Positions 19,001 through 31,114 of a DNA stretch of 64,000 nucleotides are shown here, piece after piece; position 1 is the stretch's first letter, and every line of letters starts with the position of its first letter. The translations under genes were made by a program, and so were the position numbers. Under the pieces are notes generated by a model. The model saw only the letters and a list, made by a program, of their open reading frames with translations, was not told the DNA's origin and made no database searches. The stretch is from Sphaerodactylus townsendi (lineage: Eukaryota): contig NC_059440.1 in assembly GCF_021028975.2 (NCBI RefSeq), positions 17,608,001-17,672,000 of the forward strand, given 5' to 3'.

Positions 19001-22000
19001 GATTAGTTAAAACACAAGTGCTTTGTGTGACTTAACTATATATATAAGGCCAGGGCAATGCTTCCTTACCATAGCTATTTTGTGGAGGGAATGCGGACAC
19101 TGGGGAAACTCCATGGTAACCATCTTCAGCTGTGTCCTGGTCAGGGAAGTTGCCCTGTGGGCAGAAAAGAAAGTCATCTTCTCACGAACAACTTAGGCTG
19201 TCTAAGAGTGGTGTAGTGGTTCAGAGTGGTGGATTCTAATCTGGAGAGCTGGCTTTGATTCCCCACTCCTCCACCTGAGTGGCAGAGGCTTTATTTGATG
19301 AACCTGATTTGTTTCCGCACTCCTACATTCCTGCTGGGTGACCTTAGGCTAGTCACAGTTCTTTGGAACTCTCAGCCCCACCTATCTCACAAGGTGTCTG
19401 TTGTGGGGAGAGAAAGGGAGAAGAGCTTGAAAGCCATGTTGTGTCACCTTACAGGAGAGAAAGATGGGTATAAATCCAACCTCTTCTTCTGATGTTAAGC
19501 AGCCCCTACGGTCCAGGACAGAGCTTAGCCTGATGATCTGGCAAGATGCAGTTTGTGGAATAAACCCATGAGATGCTGTTCATTTTTTTTTCAAAGAGCC
19601 GAGGGCACCTGGCATATGGTCCCTACGAGAATTTCTACCTGTTTAATTTATACAGGAAAGTCACAGATTTTGCAGGAGAGTTTCACTGTGTGCCTTCTGG
19701 CAATCCTTTAAGGCCAGCATCATCTTTCTTATAGTGCCTCCAAGAACGAGGACAAAAGTTAACACTTCCTCTCAGTATCTCAACAGGTTATGTTTTCCTA
19801 CCTGCCACAGGTTTGTTCGGTTAGCCAGGAATTTGTTTCCCCAAGGATACAGCCTGTCTATCAGAAATGGGAAAAGAGAGAGATGGTGTCAGCCCATCAC
19901 ATAGCAGTTAGATTCCCGCTCCCTTATCTAACAAGGTTATCAGACAGTGGGAATTTTCTTCTCTTATTATCAAACCCCTTACAAGAATGTCGCATGATTA
20001 ATGGAGAATCACTTTGGACTGGTCATCTCAGTTGGCTTGTGCCTTTCAGAATACCAGGCTGAGGCCTGTATGGGATGAATTCTCCAAAAACAAATGTATA
20101 CAATATTAATTTTCCGAGGTTGGCTATAGGTGGGGGAAGGGGCTGGTGTCACTTCAAGACAGCAGCAAAATCAAAGTCCATCTGCCTGCTTTTAATGGCC
20201 ATATTTGTGCTGCATTTTTATAGCATTCTCATAGCCCGTTGTGTTTTTAACTCTATTTTAAGCCACTGTAAAAGCAAAGCCATGTAAGCAGTGGGTACTG
20301 GAAACAATCAAAATTAGAAGGGGTCTCCACTGCAAACACACAAACACACTATTCTGTAGCTGAACAACGCAAAAAGGAGCAGCAATCGGAAACACCATGC
20401 TCAGAGAGGCAAAGTATCAGTCTGTTTGGGACACAACATCTGACTAACTCATTTAGCCTTGCCTGTTTTTCTATGGGACTGACCCAGCCTTAGCAGAGCC
20501 GCTGAGTTATCGAGGGCCCCAGCTTACATACTCTCCAGTCCTCCCCGGGCAGCAAACTCCCATTCCTCCTCCGTCGGAAGCCTCTTCCCTTTCCACGCGC
20601 AAAAACCTCTGGCGTCATTCCAGCTCACGTGCAACACTGGGTGGTCCAGCTTGTCCTTAATGTCAGATCCGGGACCTGCAGGCTGATGGGCATTTCTCTG
20701 AGCGAGTTTGGCAACTGTTTACAGCATCATTACCACACAAGCTGGATGCAGCTTTTACAGGCCACGCAAAGAGATGAAGCTGCAATCAGATCCCACCCAT
20801 TTGTCTGTTTAGCTGCCTTATATTAAAGAGGACTCTCAGCTCATCCAGCATTGACTCTTCCTGTCTGGCCAGGCAGAAAAAGATCTTTGTTATCCCCGGC
20901 TCTTTTAAGTGGAGATGCGGGGATTGGATCAGGAATTAAAAACTGATGTTTCACCACTGAGACATAGCCCTTCCCCCAAATAACTCTGTCTTAGCAGGGG
21001 TGTAAATCCAGGTTTCCCGCATGGCAGGCATAAATTCTGCTACTGAACCTCCAGAATAGCTTTTTGCGGACTGAAGTCTTTGTAAAGTTTTACAGGACTA
21101 AAAATTCCCTTACCTTTCGTAAAGGCTCACCTGTCTCCAAAATGCTTTGTCTATCGGAAGCCACCAGGGTGCAGACTGAAAGGAGAAATGCAGGAGGGGT
21201 TCAAGGCAAGTCAAACCCTCACTGGTAATAACACAAGACAACCACCTTTCCCACTAAAAAGAACAGCACTCTGTTCGTTTTAGAAAACAGTGGTGGTTTC
21301 AAACGGACCACCTCCCGAAGGATAGAACGAATCTCCAGCAGCATTATTTTACCTGCAGCTTTTGTGTCACTTTCTTCTTAAGATCTTCGGGCACAAAATC
21401 CTCAAAAACGAAACTCCATCCAAACTCCTCTGCTTCGGTTTTGTACTTCCGATCTCGCACAAACTCCCTGTTGCCAAATGCATTCCCCCAGAAATTAAAA
21501 TTCGGAGGCACAAATTTTACACGACTTCCCACCCTCTTCCTTAGCTAGCAGAAGCAAACACCAGACTGACTTTTTGGAAGCTTGATCAATTTTCCCTTTA
21601 TTTCCCCAACAATTTTTACGGTGGAGTCCGTGGGAGCCATGATGCCCACCAATATCTTCCCTAGTGCCTGTCAAGTGTTTGTGGTAGGTGGACGGGACTA
21701 TGTGGTGCTTTGGCACAGCAAGGGTCCTGACCAGTCGCTGGAGATTTGGTTGCTCATACAGATTTTTTAAAACATTGATTTGGCAGCAGCTGCCTCCGCA
21801 GCACAAGGATCTTTGCTATGTGACTGAAGGTAAGCTGCAGCAAACAGTTTGTGGTTTGCTCCACCACCTGTGGTAGCCATTTTAAGCCAGTCATTTTATG
21901 GATGTCCCTATTACTCAGCATCAGTATTCCAAAGGTACCTACAGGCCCAAAAAGGTTGGGACCCACTTTAAGGACCCAAACTGGACTCAATCCCAATGCA

Positions 22001-23743
22001 TCCCATTGGCTTCTACAGGTTTAATCTTCCACAGGGTCTCATTTTAATGTGTTGCTCACCGAGATATCTCAGTTGTACACGACTGACTGGTAAGCGGCTT
22101 GAGAGCTGCCGCAGCTAAATGGCCAAAAAAGATCAGCGGGGATCTAGGAAACTCCTTGGTTGAATCTTGCTCCTGACTTTCCTCTTGAGGTAGCAAGGAG
22201 GGGAAAGGGAATAAGAGCTGACAATCCCCTGCCATGCATGCAAAAGATTTCGGGTTCAGTCCCCGACATCTCCAGAAAGATCTTCTGCCCCAAACCCTGA
22301 AGCATGGACAATATCATGCCAAACGGATCATTAGTTGATATCATTGGTTTCCACCCCAGGGACTAATTATACTAGACTCCCTTATACTAGACTCCCTTAT
22401 TGTAGAGACAAGTAAACTTGCCTCTGCAAAGCACTTTGTCCCCTCTCAAGCGCTACATAAAATAGTGCAATTTTCATGACATGAGATTTGCAAAGTATTC
22501 ACCTGCAAATACCATCAACAGCCCAATTTCATCTGTCAAGCAAGCAAGCATGGAGTCTGGCCCTTACCGGAAATCTCTGTTGCTGACCGGATATTTGTCT
22601 ATCAGAAACGCCTTGACTGTCACCTCTCTGGGGGGCCCATCTTCACTTCTGCTGTCAAACAAACTGGTTCCCATTTGAAACTTCCCACCCGAGAGCCGCA
22701 CCAGGTTTTCATCTTTGCTGACCGCTGTGAGAATAATTTAAACCAATGGCAGAAGCGTCATTTGAGAGGGGATAGGAGGTAGAGGATTCTGGGAAAAGCC
22801 CTTGGCTCAAATCCTCACTCTGACAAGAAGCTGACTGGGTCACTGAGTGCCAGCCTGATCCACCCCACTGGTTGTTGTGAAGACAGAACAGAAGGGAAGG
22901 GAGATAAGGGCACATCTAAATGAACAGACAACAAAGGAAATGGGAAACAGCGCTTGCGTTTGGTGCAAGTATAAAGAGAACAAACGAACCAAAGAAGAAC
23001 TTTTGCAACATCCAGCCCCAGATATCCAATTAGCAGACTCCACTATTTTGCCCCACTACAAGGTGGGAGTGTAAATTCCCAGGCATCAAAATATTGAACT
23101 ATAAAATGTTTATATATATATATATTTAAAAAATGTTTACAGGTCAAAGCCCCTGTTGTTTGTCTCAAAAAGTGGCAACAGGCTTCTAGCGGAGGTTGAA
23201 TATTTTCACTTGGGGCAGTAGCAGGAGATGAGAAACAAAACAAGGAGACAAAGTCGGATTGCAAACTCCAAGTGCAGAAAACCCTGGGGTTTTGGGGGTA
23301 CAGCCAGCGTGGCTAAGCTGAGGGCGATGGCAAGCCATCTCTGAACATCTCTTGCTTGGAAACAGAACCCCCCAAACCCGCTGCGACTTGAAGACACTTT
23401 CTAGCCCTACCAGCAGTCCCTTGGGGGATGCGGCGGGCATAAAACAATAGAGTCTGCCCTTCAAAGCAATTATGCAAAATAAAAATTTGGGGAGAGAAGC
23501 CCCTTTAGTAAGATACAATGGCACAAAGTCCACCTGCAAAGCTGCCATTTGCTCCAGGGGAGCTGATCTCTATAATCTGGGGATGGGTTGCAATTCCTGG
23601 AGGCTCCACCTGGAGGTTGGCATCCCTAAGATGGGGAAAGGATAACGGGGCACACCTTTCTGCTCGGAGCTGGCCCCGATCCCGGCCCAGGCAGGGAGCA
23701 GAAGGGCCAGCAGCGCCCCGCACAGACCTGCCCGGGATCGCAT
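15945..23743 (-). CDS. SUMF2: Sulfatase-modifying factor 2 (inactive FGE paralog); complement join(23743..23656,22724..22568,21467..21353,21175..21131,20682..20532,19857..19802,19154..19070,18291..18126,16041..15945), 319 aa
   Basis: Signal peptide [20 protein letters not shown]; FGE-sulfatase motifs [66 protein letters not shown]. Lacks the SUMF1 catalytic Cys pair. Exon sum 960 nt. Confidence 0.96.
16826..17968 (+). mobile_element. Tandem pair of CR1 3' fragments (16826-17403, 17404-17968)
   Basis: Both begin near aggatgattgagggactgg and end ttcttatgttcttatg. Confidence 0.85.
18126..18291 (-). CDS. SUMF2: SUMF2 exon 8
   Basis: [54 protein letters not shown]. Confidence 0.94.
18548..18923 (+). 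mobile_element. Squam3-like SINE with long (CCT)n tail
   Basis: SINE body then about 80 bp of (CCT)n; source of the poly-E ORF. Confidence 0.85.
19070..19154 (-). CDS. SUMF2: SUMF2 exon 7
   Basis: [28 protein letters not shown]. Confidence 0.94.
19206..19605 (+). mobile_element. Squam3-like SINE plus ~115-bp flank, inverted copy of 7633-8039
   Basis: Shared diagnostic variants and near-identical flank. Confidence 0.8.
19802..19857 (-). CDS. SUMF2: SUMF2 exon 6
   Basis: [18 protein letters not shown]. Confidence 0.94.
20532..20682 (-). CDS. SUMF2: SUMF2 exon 5
   Basis: [50 protein letters not shown]. Confidence 0.95.
21131..21175 (-). CDS. SUMF2: SUMF2 exon 4
   Basis: [15 protein letters not shown], 45 nt. 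Confidence 0.94.
21353..21467 (-). CDS. SUMF2: SUMF2 exon 3
   Basis: [38 protein letters not shown]. Confidence 0.95.
22568..22724 (-). CDS. SUMF2: SUMF2 exon 2
   Basis: [19 protein letters not shown]...[24 protein letters not shown]. Confidence 0.93.
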
Positions 23744-23935
23744 GGGCAGAAAAGCAACCGCGGCAGCTTCCCTGCTCCCTCCAGCAGCTGCGACCTCCAG
23801 CCCAGCTGAGCGGCCCAACCCCGGCAACTGCTTCCGGGGTCAAAAAAGTAGCAAGGCCACGTGGGAAGGGGGGCTGGCCGTGCCTACTCTCCGGGCGCCC
23901 AGCGGCCAAAGAAGGAGCTTTGGCAGCCAGCCCCT
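23650..23935 (-). promoter_or_regulatory. CpG-rich SUMF2 promoter / first exon
   Basis: Local GC/CpG enrichment around the SUMF2 start codon. Confidence 0.65.
23656..23743 (-). CDS. SUMF2: SUMF2 exon 1 (signal peptide)
   Basis: [29 protein letters not shown]; donor gtgtgc; phase 1 fits exon 2. Confidence 0.85.
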
Positions 23936-26598
23936 GTGCATACTTGCTGCAAAGAAAGAGCATTTTGCGTTCCATGTGTTTTTAAAAATATTTTTACAAA
24001 TTAAAGAATGGGGGATCAGCCATCCTGCATAAAAGACGAGAAAAAGCGAAAAAGAAGTGAAATGCAGTGTGTCAACGTTTGCCCACCAAAAAACGGGGAA
24101 AAGTATCCCCTACGGTGACAATTTATAGATAGAAAGATCAGGTTAAAAGAATAAAATAATAGCTAAGAAATCTGGTTCCCCTCTTGCTTTTATCTTATGC
24201 ATGGACTTTCTTAGATGACTAATCCCTTTAGTTGTTACACCAGCTTTCCTTAATATTTTCCCCATTTTTTAAATAAACAACACTGAGTTACAATGTATGC
24301 ATAGATAGATACAGATAATCTTTAATGGTGTAAGTTTCAAAGATTTAGAATAAAAGACTAATCATTCAGTCCAAACAGTCGATTTGCCCTTGCATTTGAT
24401 CAGCAAACTGGGATGTCAGCAAACTGCATTTGATCAACAAGCTGCATTTGTTCAACAAACTGGGAACATAAGGCTCTTTCTTATGTTCTTATGTCTCCAG
24501 CCTTGGAGTTTTAGACACAAGCAATCAAACCAAACTGGGAAAAGCCCCTCGGCCTTGACACTTGGGTTTACAGCACACCTGGAGACCGATGGTCATGAAC
24601 CTGGGGAGCTTAGCAAATGGCAGTTCACTTTGCCCTTTTGTGGTTTTGCAATTTGCACGCTGCCGTTATTTCCCCCTCACCTCCCGCCATAAAAGGCAAT
24701 CAGTGTTGGGCAAAGTGTACAGATGCTGTATTCAAGATTTTTCTTTAATAGTTTTTATGTCGATATATCAATGATTGATATATCGATCTATTGATAAGAT
24801 CACAGATAAAAATTAAAGTATGCATGTGCACTAGAGAACCCGCAAAACATTGTTCACCCTGGGTGCAAGCAATAGATAATGCCTGCCCCACTGCAAACAG
24901 GGCGGTGCGTAATAAGGCCAAACATGCCCCAAAACAAAGACTCCCAGCCTTTGAAGTCACAGGAACCTCGCTGTGTGTAATTGGCCAAAATCACCGCTTT
25001 GGAGGGGAGACTTATATTCGGCTCAGTTCTTGTCTCTTCCCAAAGTCTGCCCTCCTAAGACACCACCAGACAATCTCCAGGAATTTCCCAACCTACAGCT
25101 GGCAACCCTAGTCAGGCCTGGCCCCAACGAGTCCTCCCTCAAAGGCCAAAATAGGTCTGGAAAGGATGCTGCCCTCTCCCCACCTTTTATTCACAGAAAC
25201 TAAACCTTGGAATGTTATGGTTGCCTAGCAATGGTCGCTGAGGGAATCCATGGCTTAAAGCTACAGGTGTTCCTTTTATCATTCTTGGGTATCTTAAATC
25301 CTCTACCCCTACACAATGTATTTGTTTTTCAATTTCACATTATTCGGCAAACCTGTACAAGGATCGGACTTTCCTGTTCACAATTCCAGTCACTGGATTT
25401 AAGTGTCTTCAGATTTGCCCAGCTTTCATTATTATAGATGATAGCTTGTGAACAATCACCAAGCTTTTCTTGATTTGATGTGAATTTTGTATGTTTGCAC
25501 TTCATGGACCCTTAATCTCGTGGTTTTAAAAACAAACTCTTGTTTGTACCTGCTACAAAATACCAGCTTTACCCCCCACCCCCGCGCTTCAGTCAGTATG
25601 CTCAGAAATTGCAGCCTTGTAGTTCAATCCTTTTAGTTTGTCCTATTGTGCCTAACGGGGCTGGTTCAGTAATGTGTCCATAGCCACCCCCCATTTCTCT
25701 CTACATTAAAAAGACCTTCAGGTTGAGATGGAGGCGGTGGTATACATTGCTTTGAACGTTCAATATGTGCAGGGAGAGAATCAAGGCTGCTAGAAAGCCT
25801 TTCCCCCAACCCTTTCCTTTTTGGCACACATCCCATCTCAATGTATTCTTATAGCCCAGGAGTCATCCAACACAATGCCTGTGGGTGTCGTGCTACTTGC
25901 TGACCTTTCCTAGCACCTACCAAGTGTTTTTAGAAAGTGGGCGGGGCTAAGAAGGGTTATTACTCGGCAAGATGTTTGATTAACTGTGGACGAGCCTGTG
26001 CTTCTGGTCACATCCTGAAGATGTCTGCCATTTCCAAGCAGCATTTCTAAGCAAATTCAGTTCAGCAAATCCAGTTCAAGACTTTCTCAGCAAATCCAGT
26101 TCAAGGCTATAGTACTATACATTACAGCAATGTAGAGCTGATTGCCTTGGGTTTAACTCTCTGCTATTCACCTGGTGACCTCAGGCCTTTCTTCCTATCT
26201 GCGACCTGAGACATGGGAATAACTGCATGTGAACCCCCCCCCCCCCCAAGCCTTGAGAGCTGCAAACATAGTGAATACATGGAATGTTTCATTTCCAGGC
26301 TTCAACCTCCTGGTGGGGGTTTAGCGGGGAAATCCCGCTAAAAGGACCGGTTCAAATAGAAATAATAGATAGAAGACACAGACAAAACCTTTTAAAGTGC
26401 CCTTCCCAACCACTTATCTATCCCAGAAAGTCGGCAGTAGTAGGACAGGTAGGGGACTATTGTGGATAATATTCTACAAGCTTATTCAGCACGCTGAACA
26501 GCCCCCCGCCCCCGTCCCATTTCACTATCTTCTTCCACACCCTTAAAGTCAAAACTCAGATATTAAAAACGCTGCAACCAAAGGCTAGAGCAGAACTG

Positions 26599-26604
26599 TT
26601 TATT
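26599..26604 (-). terminator. Candidate CCT6A polyadenylation signal
   Basis: TTTATT about 235 nt past the stop codon. Confidence 0.6.
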
Positions 26605-26838
26605 GGGTAGAAAGACAGTAACTTCAGATGTACTAATTCAGTGCATGTAAAAAATAAATAGTAACCAATTTCAAAACAGAAGCATGGGTGGGCCAAGCTC
26701 CTGACAAGAAAGAGACAGACGATTTTTCTTCTCACTGTGAAGCTGGATGTTGGGGGTGGGGTTGGGGGGAGGACATGGCCTTGTACTGGATATATAGATG
26801 CCGGCCTCAGGCACCTGCTGCTCAAAGGGCTTTTGAGC

Positions 26839-26911
26839 TCAGCCTTTGAGAGATGACATTCCTGCTCGCATTATTTCGTCGACCAAGAGAATGTTGCTAG
26901 CGATCACGGTG
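26839..26911 (-). CDS. CCT6A: CCT6A exon 14
   Basis: [23 protein letters not shown]. Confidence 0.95.
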
Positions 26912-29900
26912 CTAAAAAGGAAAAACAGAGGCACTAATTAGACTGTCTGCCAACACAATCTGAGCATTACACACGCACTTGCTTCTTCATTTTTGGAAGT
27001 GGTCCATAGATTTCTAAGACAGTGCTAAAAAATTTTCTTTTGCATGTCAGAGGAAACCCTTACTACCTCCTAGAAAAAAACACCAGCTAGTCTATTAAGC
27101 CAAATTGTTGGTTTGCATTACCGACAATACCCTTTTCTAAGTTACTGCTAATGAAAACACTTAAGATTTCCTTTGTCTTAAGCTTACCATGAATGAAGTA
27201 ACTGCTTTTTAACACTGTAATTATCCCAGATTCCAGCTGCTCCTGCCATCATTGGCTCACCTGCGAACACAAAAGGTGCTCTTCTCAACAATGGTAGTGT
27301 ATGGTTCACCGTTATCCAATAAAGAGACTTTCTGCAGAAGCAATTCACCCCCTAAAACCTTTCAGTGTAGTCCAGACAGAAACAAGCAAGTCAGCCAAAC
27401 ACTCGGGGACTGGCCAAAGATACATGCCCATCCTCCACTATGTATCCCAGCTGGCTGCTTGTTTTTAAAAGTTTGCATGGTTTGTTTTTTAAACACACAT
27501 GGGTAAAATTATTGTTTAATGTTACAATTTACGCCAATTTTTTTGTAGCTTAAAGTTCTTATCACTCTCTTGTTTTCCAGTTTAGCACACTATACAGTTT
27601 GTTCAGCCCCCAAACCACACACACTTCTCTGCCCTCTTACCAGTGTTTAGATCAACACCAACAAGTTGTCCTGACTCAGCATATTCAGCCTGAGTTTTCA
27701 CAAGTGTTTCTTGAGGATCATAGCCCGAGTTCTGAGCAAGTACCTGATATAAATCAAAAGAAGTTAAATTCTTTAGTTTCATTTACATTACTTGCACTGC
27801 TCAAATAATTCATCATCCCCTTACTGGTCCATTGTAAACAGTTAAACTACAGGATAGCAGCGGGTTTAAGTCACATAAATGCATCAGGCAATTCACCTGC
27901 CGCTGTACCCTTTCATCATACTGAGCCTCTTTGGGGTACTGTCTCCAACCAAGCCCTTGTGTTTCAAAGCAAGATAATTAGTTTTGGCCACAGTTCCCTA
28001 CCTTAGGAATGATAAGCAGCGCATCGGCAAAAGCCTGAACCCCAAGTTGGGCCCTTCCTTTGATACTGGGCTTATGTTTCACAAGGGCATCGGCTATGGC
28101 TACCTCGACTGCTCCGGCACCTGGAACTACGCAGCCTGTAAAAGGACAGCACAATCATCAAACTGGATACATGAGCCACAGAAAACACACAAGGCACTTG
28201 CTATGCTCAGTCCTGAGCAGCAGTCTTCAGTGGCTAGCAAGCCATATCAGAAAAGCCTGCTTGGAGTGGGTTTAAGAGGGAATACATTTATTAAGAGGAA
28301 TCACCCAAAAAGACAAACATACCCAACTGGCCAACACAGATTTATGGACTGTTTTCACATGCCTTACTAATGAACCAGTCTGAAGGTAACAAAGTACAAC
28401 TGAAGGTATAGGAAGCTTTCTGACATTAAAGAAGCGTGGGTTTCCCTTCTTCCTAGGTAAGAGACCTCCTGGGATGATAGACATGGTATACCCCCTTGAA
28501 ATGCCACTAACAGAAAGGCAAGCAAGACAGTAATGAATATGGAACATGCTGTAACTGTTATGCAATTGCCAGCAGGAATGGAGCAGCATCAGAAATATGG
28601 ATAATCAGGAAGCAGTTCTAAAGTCAAATCAACTTCTTCTTTGAAGAAGCACTGGTTTTTATATCACGCTTTTCTCTACCAAAAGGAGTCTCGAAGAGGC
28701 ATACAATCATCTCTCTCCTGACTCCCCCTACAACAGGCACCTTGTGAGGTAGGTGAAGCTGACTGCGTTCTGTGAGAACTGTGACTAGTACAAACTGCAT
28801 GTGGAGAGTCTGCAGTTCATGTCGAGGAGCAGAATCAAACCCAGTTCTTTAGATTAGAGTCTGCCACTCTTAACCACTGCACCAAGCAGTAGTGTCCCAA
28901 CTGTACCAGCATGACTGACATTTCAGCAGGCATTTCTAAGCAAACCTCACCATCCTCAATTGCATTTTTGACAGCGCGAAGCCCATCTCTGACTGCGTCC
29001 TTGATTTGCGTCAGTGTGTGCTTATTGGGTCCCCGGATCAACAGAGTCACAGATCGAGGGTTGTCGCATTTTTCAATGAAGGTGAACTTCTCTTCACCCT
29101 GTGCAAGGTAAAGAGCAAGGGGACACCTGATTGCAGACTGCAGAGGCTGGTTGATACAACCTCTGCTCATCTACAAAGAGAAAACCCAGGCTAGGCAATT
29201 GAACAGCAATGCATAAATCCTGGGTGGAGTGATCTGCTACCAGATGTATTAAGACTTTAAGGATAGATTTTAAAATCAGCGCAACTCACTTCCCAGCGTC
29301 TAAACAGCTATTAGCTATCACAGATCCAAAAAACACTGCAAGTTTCACTCTTTTTCATATTTGTCAAGCAACAGTACAGCCGAATTCAGAGTGTTTCTAG
29401 AGGAAGTCAGCTATAACCAAAGAGAGAGAAATGTTTAAGTCACACATACCAGCGTGTATTCGTAGACAAGGCCTGCATGTCCCAGGCAGTCAATTGAAAT
29501 GTCATCTACTGAATTCATAGCAATACCACCACAAGCAAGGGACAATCTGGAAGAGGAAGAAGACTTTTTCGGGCATTGCTACAATCCTAGATGAGGGGTG
29601 CAGGGGGTTTCTGCAGCAAGGACCTGACACCATTCAATAAAACTCTTAAACCCTTATCAAGTCTACATTATTGACTGACATACAAGAGCCTTGCAGGCCC
29701 CTGCATGTTTCTCCCAGATGTGTTTGGGTGCAACTCTTCAGGAGCAGGGGCAGGCAGAATAATCAATCAGCTGGGGCGCTGTGGTCATTTTGTACCAATT
29801 TTCCTTCCACGCACTGACCTCTCCATGTTCCTGCGTTTTGCTCTGCGCAAAGCTATAATCCCTTCTTTTGCAAGGGCGTCCAAGGAAAAAGGGTCAATCC

Positions 29901-31051
29901 CCTGAAAAAAAAAATAGTGATGATCAGTCAAAGCTGAGGCGACCTTCTCAAATTATTCCACAGCATCCATGTGTCGCTAACACTGCCACATTAGCAAATG
30001 GTCCATTCGTGGCCAATCAGGCCACTAAACCAAGCCTTCAATCTCACCTTTTGGTTGATCACAACGAAGCCTTTATTAGAGTCTTTGCAGACGCTTTTTT
30101 TCAAGTCGATAATTTTCTTCACCCTCTCCTCAATGAACTTCCTTTCCGCTTTCACTAGCTTCTCCCTTTCTTCCGCGCTCTTATAAAAGAATCCAGAGTT
30201 GACTTCTCTGAAAACAAGCAACCCAACGCATTATCCGATGCTGGTCCGTTAGAACTACACAACCGTTGTGCGAACGGGCAAAAACGGATCAGAGTTTAAT
30301 GCAGCATAAGGGGAGGCTGAGAGAGCCTGAACGCTGCAGAATTTCATGAGACATCAGAAGTACTGCTGGAGAAGCCACCACTTGCACCTCACCATCCAGC
30401 TCTGCAAGGCCAAATCTTTTCAAAACTTACGTTTTCTCATACTCCAACGATACATTGCAAATGAAGATGAAAGCATCCTCGACTCGCTTCTTCATGTCAG
30501 GATGGCGAGCACCATGATCCAAGACAAGTCCTCTGATCAACCTGGTGGGAAGCAGTTTGCTCTCATTAGGGATTAATGTTCTCTTTCACACAGACACAAG
30601 TGCCTCCACAATAGGGACTGTTGCCACCCAGCGAACAATTCAGTTGTGTATCTGTTTCTGATGCAGGCATGCCGCCAGAGACACAGCATGCCACCAGCAA
30701 TGTTCAGGACAGAGGCACTGCTCTTGCATGGTGTCTGACTCCACTGGCTATTATAAGAGCCAATGCAGAATTCGTCCATGCCCTCAAACGAATGCTTCTA
30801 GTTTGAGTTCCATTCTCTTTCCTGTTTCAAATGCCTGATCAAAATGCTTGTTGGATCAACTGCAGCCTTGGCCAGGCAGACAAAGCAAAAGGGTTTGCCT
30901 GCAACTCCCCTCTGGGCTGAAGAGAAACCAATGGATAGCTGAGGCTAAGAGTCGTTTAAGCACACTGCAGTGTCACACCAGCTGGGGAAGATTATGGGCA
31001 TATTGTACACCGCCCGGAGCCCCTCGGGGATAGGGCGGTATAAAAATCTAA

Positions 31052-31114
<63 letters not shown>

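Noticed and set aside
23505-23985. Overlapping 155-156 aa ORFs at the SUMF2 5' end, and 35522-36049 at CCT6A
   Set aside because: Stop-poor GC-rich promoter sequence with no recognisable protein similarity.
27800-27935. C/D box snoRNA in CCT6A intron 11 (ATGATGA...CTGA on minus strand)
   Set aside because: No terminal D box at a plausible distance and no closing stem.
28470-28552. Degenerate SNORA15 copy in CCT6A intron 10 (gcatg...ataccatg)
   Set aside because: Similarity limited to a few bases and no H box; needs cmsearch to judge.
29695-29755. gcccctgc/gcaggggc stem in CCT6A intron 8
   Set aside because: Single 8-bp stem with no H or ACA box; compatible with chance.
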